In this document: positions 10,312 through 19,903 of the stretch, piece after piece
Layout: the number at the start of each line of letters is the position of its first letter
Numbering within the stretch: position 1 is the stretch's first letter
Assembly: GCA_964610125.1 (NCBI GenBank)
Contig: CAZSUV010000001.1
Coordinates: forward strand, 120,035-184,034
Direction: 5' to 3'
DNA: 64,000 bases
Source: an uncultured Candidatus Saccharibacteria bacterium
GTDB taxonomy: Bacteria > Patescibacteriota > Dojkabacteria > SC72
Notes under the pieces: generated by a model
Seen by the model: only the letters and a program-made list of their open reading frames with translations
Database searches by the model: none
What the model was told of the DNA's origin: nothing
Made by a program: the position numbers and the translations under genes

Positions 10312-10833
10312 ATGTACAAGGGTGTAAAGAAATCAAAATTAGGTAGAAAAACATCAAACAGAAAAGCATTGATGCAAAATCAGATAAGATCTTTGTTTGA
10401 AAGTGGTCATGTAGTAACTACATCTCCAAAGGCAAAGGTATTGAAAAGCAATGCACAATCTTTAATAGCATTGGGTAAAAAGCACAAAGGAATGCTCTCT
10501 TTGAGAAGAGAATTAGCAGTTACATTAAAAGAAGATGGATTAGTAAAGAAATTCATTGAATATGTTGAAAAAGAAGTTACAGGTGTTAGAAGTGTAAAAA
10601 TTGGATTTAGAGCTGGAGATAATGGTGAAAAGACAAGAGTCGAGTTAATCGGAATGGAAAAGAAGATAAGAAAAGTTGCAAAGAAAGCAACTGAAACAGA
10701 GAAGAAAGAAGAAACCAAAGTTGAGAAGGCAGCTCCAAAAGCTAAAGTCTCAAAGAATATTTTAGATAAAGGAATAGATAAGAGTGCTACAGTTAAGAAA
10801 ACTGGTAGAGCAACTTCTAGATCAGGACTTTAA
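10312..10833 (+). CDS. rplQ: 50S ribosomal protein L17 with a K/E-rich C-terminal extension
   Basis: GRKTSNRKALMQNQIRSLFESGHVVTT matches L17. Confidence 0.9.
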   Translation: MYKGVKKSKLGRKTSNRKALMQNQIRSLFESGHVVTTSPKAKVLKSNAQSLIALGKKHKGMLSLRRELAVTLKEDGLVKKFIEYVEKEVTGVRSVKIGFRAGDNGEKTRVELIGMEKKIRKVAKKATETEKKEETKVEKAAPKAKVSKNILDKGIDKSATVKKTGRATSRSGL

Positions 10834-10850
10834 TTAATTAGTGAAATAGA

Positions 10851-11285
10851 ATGAAATACAAGACAACTTGGACAAAAAAAGAAGATATCGAAAGAAAGTG
10901 GTATGTAGTTGATGTTAAAGATCAGATTCTTGGAAGAGCTACTACAAAAATTGCATCACTTTTGATTGGAAAAGATAAAGTTGAAGCAGTTCCAAATTTT
11001 GACTGTGGTGACTATGTTATCGTAATCAATACAGATGACATCAAGTTAACTAGAGAAAAAGAAACTAAAAAGATGTATTACAGACACTCTGGGTTTCCAG
11101 GTGGTTTGAAATCAACAAGATTTGATGAACAGTTGGCATTAGATTCAACAAAAATTATTAAAGATGCTGTAGTAACAATGCTTCCTCAAAACAAGCATAG
11201 AGCATTGAGAATGGCTAGATTGTTCATATATAAGGGTGCAGATCATAAGCAAAGTGGTCAAAAGCCTATTGAGATTAAATTTTAA
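10851..11285 (+). CDS. rplM: 50S ribosomal protein L13
   Basis: WYVVDVKDQILGRATTKIASLLIGKDK matches L13. Confidence 0.95.
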   Translation: MKYKTTWTKKEDIERKWYVVDVKDQILGRATTKIASLLIGKDKVEAVPNFDCGDYVIVINTDDIKLTREKETKKMYYRHSGFPGGLKSTRFDEQLALDSTKIIKDAVVTMLPQNKHRALRMARLFIYKGADHKQSGQKPIEIKF

Positions 11286-11296
11286 TTATATTAATA

Positions 11297-11689
11297 GTGG
11301 AGAAATATTTTGAAGGAATCGGAAGAAGAAAAACATCTACTGCAAGAGTAAGAATATATAAGGGTGATAAAGCATCTACTATTAATGGTGTTCCAGCAGT
11401 CGACTTTTTGAAAGATTTTACTAAATCAGAACTTTACATCATCAGACCTTTAACAGTCTCAGGATTAGAAACTCAATATTACTTTACTGCTAAAGTAAGT
11501 GGTGGTGGTATAACTGGTCAGGTTGATGCGATCAGATTAGGTCTTTCTAGAGCAATCTGTGAAATGAATCCAGAAGCAAAACCAGCTTTAAGAAAAGAGA
11601 ATCTTGTTACTAGAGATCCTAGAGAAGTTGAAAGAAAGAAATATCATCACGTCAAAGCAAGAAAGAAACCTCAGTTCTCAAAGAGATAG
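11297..11689 (+). CDS. rpsI: 30S ribosomal protein S9 (apparent GTG start)
   Basis: GIGRRKTSTARVRI...; C-terminal KKPQFSKR. Confidence 0.9.
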   Translation: MEKYFEGIGRRKTSTARVRIYKGDKASTINGVPAVDFLKDFTKSELYIIRPLTVSGLETQYYFTAKVSGGGITGQVDAIRLGLSRAICEMNPEAKPALRKENLVTRDPREVERKKYHHVKARKKPQFSKR

Positions 11690-11758
11690 TTTTTCTATTT
11701 GCCTTGGATTTTCAAATATCGTAGTATTTAACTGTATCTAAGTTAATACTTCGCATAT

Positions 11759-12643
11759 ATGGAAAAAACTTCAAAGAAATTTTGGATAATCACATTAACA
11801 GTACCGTTAACCGTAATTGGTATGTTCATTGGTTATCTAATTATCACCTACGCTAACAAATATGTGCAAACGAACTATGGTACAAAGACTGTTTCTGAGG
11901 TACCAAGTTATGACCCGACCTCAAATAATTATCATGGGGGAGTAGGAATGGATTCGATAGGAAGTTCGTATATTAGGAATACTTCTCAAGAAATTATAAA
12001 AACAGCTTCAATGAATATGGCTGCAGATGATATGGACAAGACTTTGGCATCAGTCGAAGCTTTGGAAACAGAATATAATGCTTCAACGACTAATCTCCAA
12101 GACTCAGGAAAAGGTGTAGACAGATATCTTTACATGACAATTAAGGTTGAGGAATCTAAATTCCAAGAACTTTACAACAAACTAAAGGCACTCCCAGGAG
12201 AGTTCACTTACTCTTCAATAGGAGCAAGTGATGTAACCGAGAGTGTTACTGACTTAGAAAGCAGATTAGCAAATCTACAAAAGTTAGAAACTCAATACAA
12301 TGATATTCTAAAAACCGCAAAGACAGTTGATGAAATTCTCTCAGTACAGAAAGAACTTTCAACCACAAGAACTGAAATTGAATCTATACAAACTCAATTA
12401 AAGAATATTGATAACCAAACAAGCTATTCATATATCACTTTAACAGTCTCTCAAAGTTCTACAGGTACACAGCTTTCAGACAATGAATGGAGACCATTAG
12501 GAATATTGAAAGAAGCAGGTAGAGCATTAGTAGGTTTCGCTAAATTCTTAGGAACAGGCTTAATCTATGTATTGGTATTTTCACCAGTAATCGCTGCAGT
12601 GGTTGTTCCTGTTGTATTAATACTTAAAAAGACAAAAAAATAG
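11759..12643 (+). CDS. Membrane-anchored coiled-coil protein of unknown function
   Basis: N-terminal TM helix, long coiled-coil or low-complexity middle region, C-terminal TM helix (GLIYVLVFSPVIAAVVVPVVLIL). No catalytic motif recognised. Confidence 0.6.
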   Translation: MEKTSKKFWIITLTVPLTVIGMFIGYLIITYANKYVQTNYGTKTVSEVPSYDPTSNNYHGGVGMDSIGSSYIRNTSQEIIKTASMNMAADDMDKTLASVEALETEYNASTTNLQDSGKGVDRYLYMTIKVEESKFQELYNKLKALPGEFTYSSIGASDVTESVTDLESRLANLQKLETQYNDILKTAKTVDEILSVQKELSTTRTEIESIQTQLKNIDNQTSYSYITLTVSQSSTGTQLSDNEWRPLGILKEAGRALVGFAKFLGTGLIYVLVFSPVIAAVVVPVVLILKKTKK

Positions 12644-12652
12644 TATAATACA

Positions 12653-12960
12653 GGGCGCAAGTATTCCTAGATGATTGCTCTTGCTATTTTGGTGAGAGAG
12701 GAAAGTCCGGACTCTATGTCGGTCTCGAATATCTCGAGATAGGTGCCAGCGTGAGCTGGAAGGGAGTGATCTTTTGGTTAAAAGGGCAACAGAAAGTTAT
12801 ACCGCCTCGAAAGAGGTAAGGGTGAAATGGTGGTGTAAGAGACCACCGGGTATTGTAGTAATACAATATTGCGAGGCAACCCCCACCTAGAGCAAGGTTA
12901 AAACCGCTTAGATAGATAATCATCATAAACAGAATTCGGCTTATTGGGTGCTTGCGCACT
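12653..12960 (+). ncRNA. rnpB: RNase P RNA, bacterial type A
   Basis: Conserved GAGGAAAGTCCGG (P4 5' strand), AGGGTGAAATGGTGGTGTAAGAGACCACC (CR-II/III) and ACAGAATTCGGCTTAT (P4 3' strand/CR-V). The P1 helix pairs GGGCGCAAG at 12653-12661 with CTTGCGC at 12951-12957. The track ORF 12714..12959(-) is spurious. Confidence 0.85.
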
Positions 12961-13010
12961 TTTTATGAGTGAACTGCTGGTCTACTAACTAATTATGGTA
13001 TATTAGATTT

Positions 13011-13787
13011 ATGCTTGACGTACAGGAAATTCTAACGGAAAAACACGAGCCATTAAAAGTTGATAATAATCAAACGACGACAGATGGTCTTCCTGTTAGT
13101 TATGATGAAAAGTCTTATATCCAAGTTGCAGAAAGTGAGTATAAGGATGATCCTCTTATCCAAGCTTTATTATCGAATCAAGAGATTGGTGAAGAAGCAA
13201 AGATATCTCCTTGGCTTCTTGGAGAATTTCAAGGTCTTTTAGAACTTTCCAAAGCTATGAACAAAGAGATGGGCCTTAACTTCATTAAGGATACGGAAGA
13301 TAGATTGTATTTTGATCAGGCCGTTCGAGTTGGAGATCAGTATTCCATAGGAGGTGGTAATCTTTCTGCTAATTTTGACTTCCCTCCTGGATATAAACAA
13401 ATAATCTCAATTCATACTCACATTCTAGATACCATTAAGGGTACTGCTGGATTTTCTAAATTGGGTGATGAAGGTGATTGGCACACTATAATCTCTCGAA
13501 GTGACGAAAAAATCGCATCGATAGTTTTATGTAGAAATGGAAAAGGATATATTGCTATTCCAAAACAGTCGTTAGAAGAAACGGCAAAGCAATATGCTAT
13601 TGCAAACTCATATATAACACCAGATCCTAGAGGTTTTTTACTAAATAATGAATATATGCAATATGAAATTAGTGAAGGAATGGATGACAATGAAAGAGTA
13701 GAAGAAAACGTTAAGATATCTAAAACTTTTAATATAAGATTGCTGGAAGTTGATCTCAAAACAGGACAGGTAAAAAAATTAGCATAA
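13011..13787 (+). CDS. Hypothetical protein, 258 aa
   Basis: Long ORF with typical codon usage, an acidic N-terminus and an IHTHILD...CRNGKGY segment. No confident family assignment. Confidence 0.6.
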   Translation: MLDVQEILTEKHEPLKVDNNQTTTDGLPVSYDEKSYIQVAESEYKDDPLIQALLSNQEIGEEAKISPWLLGEFQGLLELSKAMNKEMGLNFIKDTEDRLYFDQAVRVGDQYSIGGGNLSANFDFPPGYKQIISIHTHILDTIKGTAGFSKLGDEGDWHTIISRSDEKIASIVLCRNGKGYIAIPKQSLEETAKQYAIANSYITPDPRGFLLNNEYMQYEISEGMDDNERVEENVKISKTFNIRLLEVDLKTGQVKKLA

Positions 13788-13797
13788 GCTAAGATAT

Positions 13798-14778
13798 TTA
13801 TGTTGTAATATCTCTTCCAATTCCATTCAAAAATTCTCTTTCATTTGTCTTGTTTCTTCCCTCAATCTGGAATTCAAAAACCCTTAGGGATATGAGTGGA
13901 TCTCTAGTAGCAAATAGCACTTTCCCATCGTTTGTGAATATCTCTCCAGGGTCCTTTTCAGATGGAACTTCAACTAATTCAGCTCTAAAAATCTTCATAA
14001 TCTTTCCCGATATATTCTTGTTTAAGTTTGTAGAAAGCTTAGTCCAAGCAATAGGCCATGGGATGAAAGCACGTACCATACGCTCAATCTCTTGAGGCGT
14101 TTTGTTTCGCCAATCAATTTCAGCATTTTCCTTTGAAATATCCTTTTGCCAACAATATGTAGCCTCTTCGTCAATCTGCTTTCTTGCTGATATTCCATCA
14201 TTAATCCATTGCTCTAAAACATCACCTAAAATCTCAGCACTCTTCTTAACTAACCTCTGTCTTAAGGAAAGATTAGTATCATTCTCCCTAATCTCCTCTT
14301 CAAATATATCTAATATATCCCCCTCATCTAATCCTTCGGACATTAGCATGATTGAAATCCCTGTCATGTTCTGACCATCCAATATAGCCTTCTGGATAGG
14401 GACTGCGCCTCGGTACTTAGGAAGAATGGAAAAATGAACATTAATGCATTTGTATTTAGGATATTCTAAAAATTCTTTAGGAATGATTTCACCAAATGCC
14501 TTACATACAACTAATTCGGGTTTGAATTTGTCCAATGCCTTTTGATATAGCTCGGGTTTCTTGTCTGTGTGGAATACTGGAATGCCATTCTCTAATGCAT
14601 ATTCTTTAACTTCTGATGGAGTAGATACTTGTTTTCTTCCGACCAGCTTATCAGGTGTAGTTATAACTCCAACCATATCAAATCTTTCATCTTCATTTAG
14701 TGCTTTTAAAGTTGCAACAGATTCCCAGCCAGTACCAAGGAATAATGTCTTTACAGGTTCTTTCTTTAAATCTCTCAT
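13798..14778 (-). CDS. fmt: Methionyl-tRNA formyltransferase
   Basis: N-terminal formyltransferase fold (LFLGTGWESVATLKAL, VITTPDK); 326 aa with a C-terminal domain. Confidence 0.9.
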   Translation of the reverse strand: MRDLKKEPVKTLFLGTGWESVATLKALNEDERFDMVGVITTPDKLVGRKQVSTPSEVKEYALENGIPVFHTDKKPELYQKALDKFKPELVVCKAFGEIIPKEFLEYPKYKCINVHFSILPKYRGAVPIQKAILDGQNMTGISIMLMSEGLDEGDILDIFEEEIRENDTNLSLRQRLVKKSAEILGDVLEQWINDGISARKQIDEEATYCWQKDISKENAEIDWRNKTPQEIERMVRAFIPWPIAWTKLSTNLNKNISGKIMKIFRAELVEVPSEKDPGEIFTNDGKVLFATRDPLISLRVFEFQIEGRNKTNEREFLNGIGRDITT

Positions 14779-14824
14779 ATAGGTAATTTTAACTTAATCT
14801 TTAAAAAATTGATATAATACGGCG

Positions 14825-15850
14825 ATGAAAATGTCAGAATTCATATACAATTTACCGGATGAGAAGATAGCTAAATACCCACCAGAAGTCAGAGGTACTA
14901 CAAACCTACTTGTTTTAGACCGAAAGAATGAAAGTTTAGATCACAAGAAATATTTCAATATCCCTGAATATATCCAAGAAGGAGATGTCGTGGTATTGAA
15001 CGAAACTAAGGTTGAAAAGCGAAGAACATTCTTCTTAACAGCAAACGAGAGAAGGTTGGAAGTACTTTTCTTAAATAGGATCGGGGACGGAAGATGGTAT
15101 TGCCTCATAAAAGGATCAAGATATGTAAAGCCGGGGGATATCTTAAAAGGCGAGGAAGATGAAAATATTAAGATAAAGATAAGTGAAAGAAGCAATATGG
15201 GATTCCTTGTAGAACCTGTTGCTGAAGAAGGAGAAAAAATTTTTGACAAGATTGGCCATACTCCAATTCCACCATATATGAAAAGACCTGATACAAAGGA
15301 AGACTATGTAAGATACAATACCGTATTTGCACGCCTCCTAGGCTCCGTAGCGGCCCCTACAGCAAGTTTAAACCTCACAGATGAAATACTAGCCCAGATA
15401 CAACAAAAAGGCGCTAAAATCGTTAAGGTGGAGCTAAAAGTGGGTTGGGGTACATTTGCACCAATTAGAGAGGAAAATATTGAAGAACATGATATTCATA
15501 AAGAGGAAATTGCCATGTCAATGGAGTCTGCAGAGATAATTAATCAGGCAAAAAGAACGGGAAAGAAGGTTTGGGCATTTGGAACTACAGTAGCTAGAAC
15601 ATTGGAAACTGTAAGTAACGAAAAAGGATTGGTTGAAGAATATTCTGGAGAAACTCAGCTATACATATATCCAGGATATACATGGAAATGTGTAGATCAT
15701 ATGGTTACTAACTTTCATATGCCAGATTCAAGCCTCATATTGCTAGTTTCCTCATTTGCAGGGACGGAATTCATAAAGAGGGCATATCAAGAAGCATTAG
15801 ACAAAGATTACAAATTTTTAAGCTATGGTGATAGCATGTTAATAATCTAA
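14825..15850 (+). CDS. queA: S-adenosylmethionine:tRNA ribosyltransferase-isomerase
   Basis: N-terminus MSEFIYNLPDEKIAKYPPEVRGTTNLLVL matches the QueA consensus; 341 aa. Confidence 0.9.
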   Translation: MKMSEFIYNLPDEKIAKYPPEVRGTTNLLVLDRKNESLDHKKYFNIPEYIQEGDVVVLNETKVEKRRTFFLTANERRLEVLFLNRIGDGRWYCLIKGSRYVKPGDILKGEEDENIKIKISERSNMGFLVEPVAEEGEKIFDKIGHTPIPPYMKRPDTKEDYVRYNTVFARLLGSVAAPTASLNLTDEILAQIQQKGAKIVKVELKVGWGTFAPIREENIEEHDIHKEEIAMSMESAEIINQAKRTGKKVWAFGTTVARTLETVSNEKGLVEEYSGETQLYIYPGYTWKCVDHMVTNFHMPDSSLILLVSSFAGTEFIKRAYQEALDKDYKFLSYGDSMLII

Positions 15851-15852
15851 CT

Positions 15853-16881
15853 ATGAATATACAAGATTTTGGTAAAAAGTTTGTCTTCATGCCTGATGCC
15901 ACGAGAGGTGCGGTTAGATTTCTTACAACTGAGCAACTTAAAGCTACGAAAACGGAGGCGATTGTTACCAACACGTTACATTTGTTAATGAATCCTGGTC
16001 CTGAAAGAATGAAGGAACTAGGAGGTATTAAGAAGCTAATGAATTGGGATGGCGTTGTTCTAACAGATTCGGGAGGATTTCAGGTATTTTCATTGATACA
16101 TTCAGGGAAGTGGAAGGGTAAGGTACATGAAGATGGTGCTACTTTTTACTCACCTTGGACAGGAGATAGGTATGATTTAACTCCTGAGAGTTCAATTGAT
16201 ATCCAAATGAAGATAGACTCAGATATTTTGGTTACGTTAGATGATTGTAGAGGTACAGACTTGAGTAGAGAAGAAGCAGAACAATCTGTAGAGAGGACAA
16301 TTAAATGGGCGAAGCGATGTAAAGACCACTTTGAAAATGTATATGGTGGTACTAAAGAGACGGGAAAGCTTTTAAGTTGTGTAGTACAAGGTGCTAATTT
16401 CTCAGATTTAAGAAAGAAGTGTGCAGAAGAATTAACTAAGATAGGGTTTGATGGATATAACTTTGGAGGGTTTGTGGTGGATAAAGAGGGAGAGTTGGTG
16501 ATTGATGAAATGAAAGCGGTTATAGATAATACGCCAAAGGATAAGTTTAAATATGCGATGGGAGTGGGTAAACCTGAAGATATTCGTAGAGCTGCAAAGA
16601 TTGGATATACAGTATTTGATACTGTACTCGTTACTAGGAATGCTAGACATGGTACTTTGTATTCTTCGGATATTGAAGATGAGGTTTTAAGGATTACTAA
16701 TCAGGATTATGCTACTGATGAGAGGCCTATTGATTCTAAATGTGATTGCTATACTTGTAAGAATCATAGTAGGGCATATGTACATCAAATGCTTAAGGTG
16801 GGCGAAGCTACAGGTATGACCTTAGCTACAATACACAATTTGAGATATTACCAAAGGTTGATAGAAGAATTAAATAAATAG
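15853..16881 (+). CDS. tgt: Queuine tRNA-ribosyltransferase
   Basis: TIM-barrel Tgt; zinc site CDCYTCKNHSRAYVHQM; 342 aa. Confidence 0.9.
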   Translation: MNIQDFGKKFVFMPDATRGAVRFLTTEQLKATKTEAIVTNTLHLLMNPGPERMKELGGIKKLMNWDGVVLTDSGGFQVFSLIHSGKWKGKVHEDGATFYSPWTGDRYDLTPESSIDIQMKIDSDILVTLDDCRGTDLSREEAEQSVERTIKWAKRCKDHFENVYGGTKETGKLLSCVVQGANFSDLRKKCAEELTKIGFDGYNFGGFVVDKEGELVIDEMKAVIDNTPKDKFKYAMGVGKPEDIRRAAKIGYTVFDTVLVTRNARHGTLYSSDIEDEVLRITNQDYATDERPIDSKCDCYTCKNHSRAYVHQMLKVGEATGMTLATIHNLRYYQRLIEELNK

Positions 16882-16884
16882 ATA

Positions 16885-17409
16885 CTAGGAATTATTTCTT
16901 AAGAAATCTTCCCTTATTTTCTCAAATAACTCTTTTCTTCCATCTCTTCCAAGGCTTAATGCCCAATTCCAAGCGGATTCATAATCATAGACACCTTTTC
17001 GAGCTTTTTCTACAAGGATTTGTTCATCTGCAAACTTTTTACCATATAGGTCTGTCCAGACGTCAAAAATAATTAAATCATTAATTTGTTCTGCGTCATA
17101 TTCATTTTGGCATTCCTCGAAACCAAAAAATAAACGGTGTCCAAGCTCATGAATTAGAGTAGCTTTCTTAGTGTTGTGAGGATAACTTGCTCTTAGATGC
17201 ATTGCATCGCCAAGAACTCCAGAACGACTTATACCAACATAGACAATTGCTTTGATATCTTCTTCATGAAATTTACAATCAGAAAGTTCTTCAAATTTCG
17301 CAACAATTTTTTCTCCATCATCTTTCCAGATTTGTGTATATTCGTTGGCTGCTGTTATGAAAGGTTCTTCATTTGGCTCGGGTTCAAACTGCATGTTCAA
17401 ATTCATCAT
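16885..17409 (-). CDS. Hypothetical small zinc metallopeptidase-like protein (HExxH)
   Basis: IHELGHRLFFGFEEC contains HExxH with downstream Glu; 174 aa. Possible distant paralog of the 24093..24728 protein. Confidence 0.55.
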   Translation of the reverse strand: MMNLNMQFEPEPNEEPFITAANEYTQIWKDDGEKIVAKFEELSDCKFHEEDIKAIVYVGISRSGVLGDAMHLRASYPHNTKKATLIHELGHRLFFGFEECQNEYDAEQINDLIIFDVWTDLYGKKFADEQILVEKARKGVYDYESAWNWALSLGRDGRKELFEKIREDFLRNNS

Positions 17410-17647
17410 GGCTGAATTATATCATAGGAATTATTGTAGTTTGAGGAATTCCCCTAAAAATGATATGATTAAAAGTCCTATGATTAAACACTTTTATACT
17501 ATTGAATGTATTTGTAATGATTATTAATTTTATGAAATCGATTTTTAATAAAATTAAAGAGAATAATTCATTAAAACGCAGCTATACGGCTGTGTCTTTT
17601 CACAAAAGCGTTTAAGGGGACATATTAAATTTTAATTAGAGAGCATA

Positions 17648-19168
17648 ATGGAAGCATTAGCTATAATTGTTGCCATATTGGCAAGTGCTGGAGGCTCTGT
17701 CGCTGTACTTAAATATGTATTTAAGTGGGTAAATGTAAATAAAATCCCAGAGGCAGAGATAGAAGCAGCCGCAAAGAAAATGATGGGTAAGAAGTTCGAA
17801 GAGGCTGAAGAAGAACTTGCAGAACTAAGAGAGAGAGAAGAGAAGCGACTTAAGGATATGCGAAGAGAAAATACCGAGCATGAAGAAATACTCATCGAAA
17901 GAGAGAAGACCTTAAACAAACGATCTAAAATTTTAGATGACAAGAGCGGAGAATTAGAATCAAAAGAAGGAGAACTAAAAGAAGCTTTGAAGCGAATTGA
18001 AGATACAAGAACTCAACTTAAAACTCAATTAGAAAAGATTTCTGGACTTTCTAGAGAGGAAGCTACAGAGAAATTTAAGAAGGAGATAGAAGAGGATCTT
18101 AAGGGTTTTGAAGCTCAGAAGATCAGACAAGCTGAAAAGAATATTGAAGCTGTAGCTGATGAGAAAGCAAAGCATATTCTTGTTGATTCTATGCAGAGAG
18201 TTGCAACTGACTATGTTGGTGAGACTACAACAAAGAGTATTAAGGTTGAAGATGAAAAGGTTAAGGGAAGAATCATTGGAAAAGAAGGAAGAAATATTAG
18301 AGCATTTGAACAAATCACAGGTGTGGATGTCATCGTTGATGAATCTCCTACATCTATTGGTCTTTCTTCATTTGATCCATTGAGAAGGGAGATAGCTTTT
18401 GTAGCTATGACCAAACTCATTGGAGATGGAAGAATCCACCCAGGAGCTATTGAAGAGTGCGTAAGAAAAGCTAAGAATGAGATTTCATTAGAAATTAAAA
18501 AGAATGGAGAAATTCTTGCTGAAGAAGCAGGATGGCCAGATATTGATATTGGGCTTTTGAAATTAATTGGAAAAATGAAATATCGAACCAGTTATGGTCA
18601 ATCATTGATGTCTCATACAATCGAAGTTGTAAGGCTTGCAGAGGTGTTGGCCGCTGAAGTTGGTGCAGATGTTACCTTAGTAAAGCGAGCTGCATTACTT
18701 CATGATGTCGGAAAGGTGTTGACTCACAAGGTTGATCTTCCTCACCACCATATTTCAGGTCAGGTTGCTAGAAAATATCTTTTGAGCGATAAGCTTGTGA
18801 ATGCAATTGAATCACATCACTTGGATATTGAGCCTACATCTGTCGAAGCTGTACTTGTATATATTGCTGACGCAATTTCTGGATCAAGACCAGGTGCAAG
18901 AAAAGATAGCTACGAACAGTACATACAGAGAATTGAAGGTATCGAAAATGCTGCAAAAGATGTTGCAGGAGACAAGATTGACGATGTATTTGCAATCAGA
19001 GCTGGAAGAGAATTGAGAGTAATTGTTAAGCCAATCATGGTTTCAGATGATGAAGCTAAGGTTATGGCAAAGCAAATAGCTCAAGCAATTGAGAAAACTC
19101 AAAGCTATCCAGGCAATGTTGAAGTCACAGTTATTAGAGAAACAAGGGCAATTGAGGTAGCAAGATAA
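17648..19168 (+). CDS. rny: Ribonuclease Y
   Basis: N-terminal TM helix, coiled coil, KH domain (GRIIGKEGRNIRAFE), HD domain (LLHDVGK); 506 aa. Confidence 0.95.
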   Translation: MEALAIIVAILASAGGSVAVLKYVFKWVNVNKIPEAEIEAAAKKMMGKKFEEAEEELAELREREEKRLKDMRRENTEHEEILIEREKTLNKRSKILDDKSGELESKEGELKEALKRIEDTRTQLKTQLEKISGLSREEATEKFKKEIEEDLKGFEAQKIRQAEKNIEAVADEKAKHILVDSMQRVATDYVGETTTKSIKVEDEKVKGRIIGKEGRNIRAFEQITGVDVIVDESPTSIGLSSFDPLRREIAFVAMTKLIGDGRIHPGAIEECVRKAKNEISLEIKKNGEILAEEAGWPDIDIGLLKLIGKMKYRTSYGQSLMSHTIEVVRLAEVLAAEVGADVTLVKRAALLHDVGKVLTHKVDLPHHHISGQVARKYLLSDKLVNAIESHHLDIEPTSVEAVLVYIADAISGSRPGARKDSYEQYIQRIEGIENAAKDVAGDKIDDVFAIRAGRELRVIVKPIMVSDDEAKVMAKQIAQAIEKTQSYPGNVEVTVIRETRAIEVAR

Positions 19169-19193
19169 GTATCTTCTAGTAGTAATTGCTATA

Positions 19194-19225
19194 GGGGAAG
19201 CGTAATTATATGCTTCCCCTTTTTG
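19194..19225 (+). terminator. Rho-independent terminator after rny
   Basis: GGGGAAGC-gtaattatat-GCTTCCCC followed by TTTTT. Confidence 0.75.
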
Positions 19226-19544
19226 TTCTCCGTATCAATGTTTAACTGAATTTTCTCTAGATAATGAAACATACTGCCATATGTGTGAAAATGCCTTCTT
19301 TAAGGCAAAAACAGCGAAATTTTGTATTTTCTAATAATTTAGGTATACCTTTTCTGTTTCAAATTTTGAATCATAAAGAAACCCTGTTATAACAAAGTTT
19401 TTGTACATCTTGCTCTCGGTCCTGTAGTAAAGTAGGCGCTTGACGATTAGCTTGATATAACCTATTTTTAAGTTGGATATGCACAGAGACCCTATTAATA
19501 TTTGGCATCTGGCATAGTATCTCTTAAGAAAGGAGGCCATCATT

Positions 19545-19814
19545 ATGTTGAAAAAAGATTTAGTTGATAAAATTGCATCAACAGGTTTAACAAAGAGACA
19601 AGCTGGTGATGCTTTAGACGCAGTTCTAGAAGCAATCTCAGGATCTCTAAAGAACGGTGAAGCTGTTCTTTTGACAGGATTCGGTAAATTTGAAGTAAGA
19701 ACAAGAGCAGCAAGAACAGGAATCAATCCTAAGACTCTTGCAAAGATCAAATTACCTGAAACTAAAGTTCCAGCATTCAAACCTGGAAAGGCTTTGAAAG
19801 CTGCAGTAAAGTAA
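19545..19814 (+). CDS. hup: DNA-binding protein HU (HU/IHF family)
   Basis: 89 aa; GFGKFEVRTRAARTGINPKT arm motif; strong RBS AAGGAGG upstream. Confidence 0.9.
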   Translation: MLKKDLVDKIASTGLTKRQAGDALDAVLEAISGSLKNGEAVLLTGFGKFEVRTRAARTGINPKTLAKIKLPETKVPAFKPGKALKAAVK

Positions 19815-19851
19815 GTACCGCCGGTATTTATTTGCAGATAAGGTAGATGAA

Positions 19852-19879
19852 GGGGACCCAATAAAATGGGTCCTTTTTC
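19852..19879. terminator. Hairpin plus T-run after hup. It lies between the convergent genes and may be bidirectional.
   Basis: GGGACCC-aataaaat-GGGTCC followed by TTTTT, with an A-run on the upstream side. Confidence 0.7.
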
Positions 19880-19903
19880 GTTATTGAAAAAGCATTGGGA
19901 AGT

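Noticed and set aside
247-10718. Numerous 60-135 aa ORFs antisense to ribosomal protein, secY, rpoA and other genes
   Set aside because: All are embedded within strongly supported genes on the other strand and have low-complexity, hydrophobic translations typical of antisense frames in AT-rich DNA.
12714-12959. 81 aa minus-strand ORF
   Set aside because: Lies entirely inside the RNase P RNA gene on the opposite strand. Its composition reflects the structured RNA, not coding sequence.
17560-17610. Hairpin CAGC-tatacg-GCTG followed by a T-rich tract upstream of rny, as a possible attenuator
   Set aside because: The stem is only 4 bp in an AT-rich leader. It is too weak to call without conservation data.
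19331-19861. 176 aa minus-strand ORF
   Set aside because: Antisense to the well-supported hup gene and the AT-rich leader. It has no RBS or domain signature. Treated as a shadow ORF.
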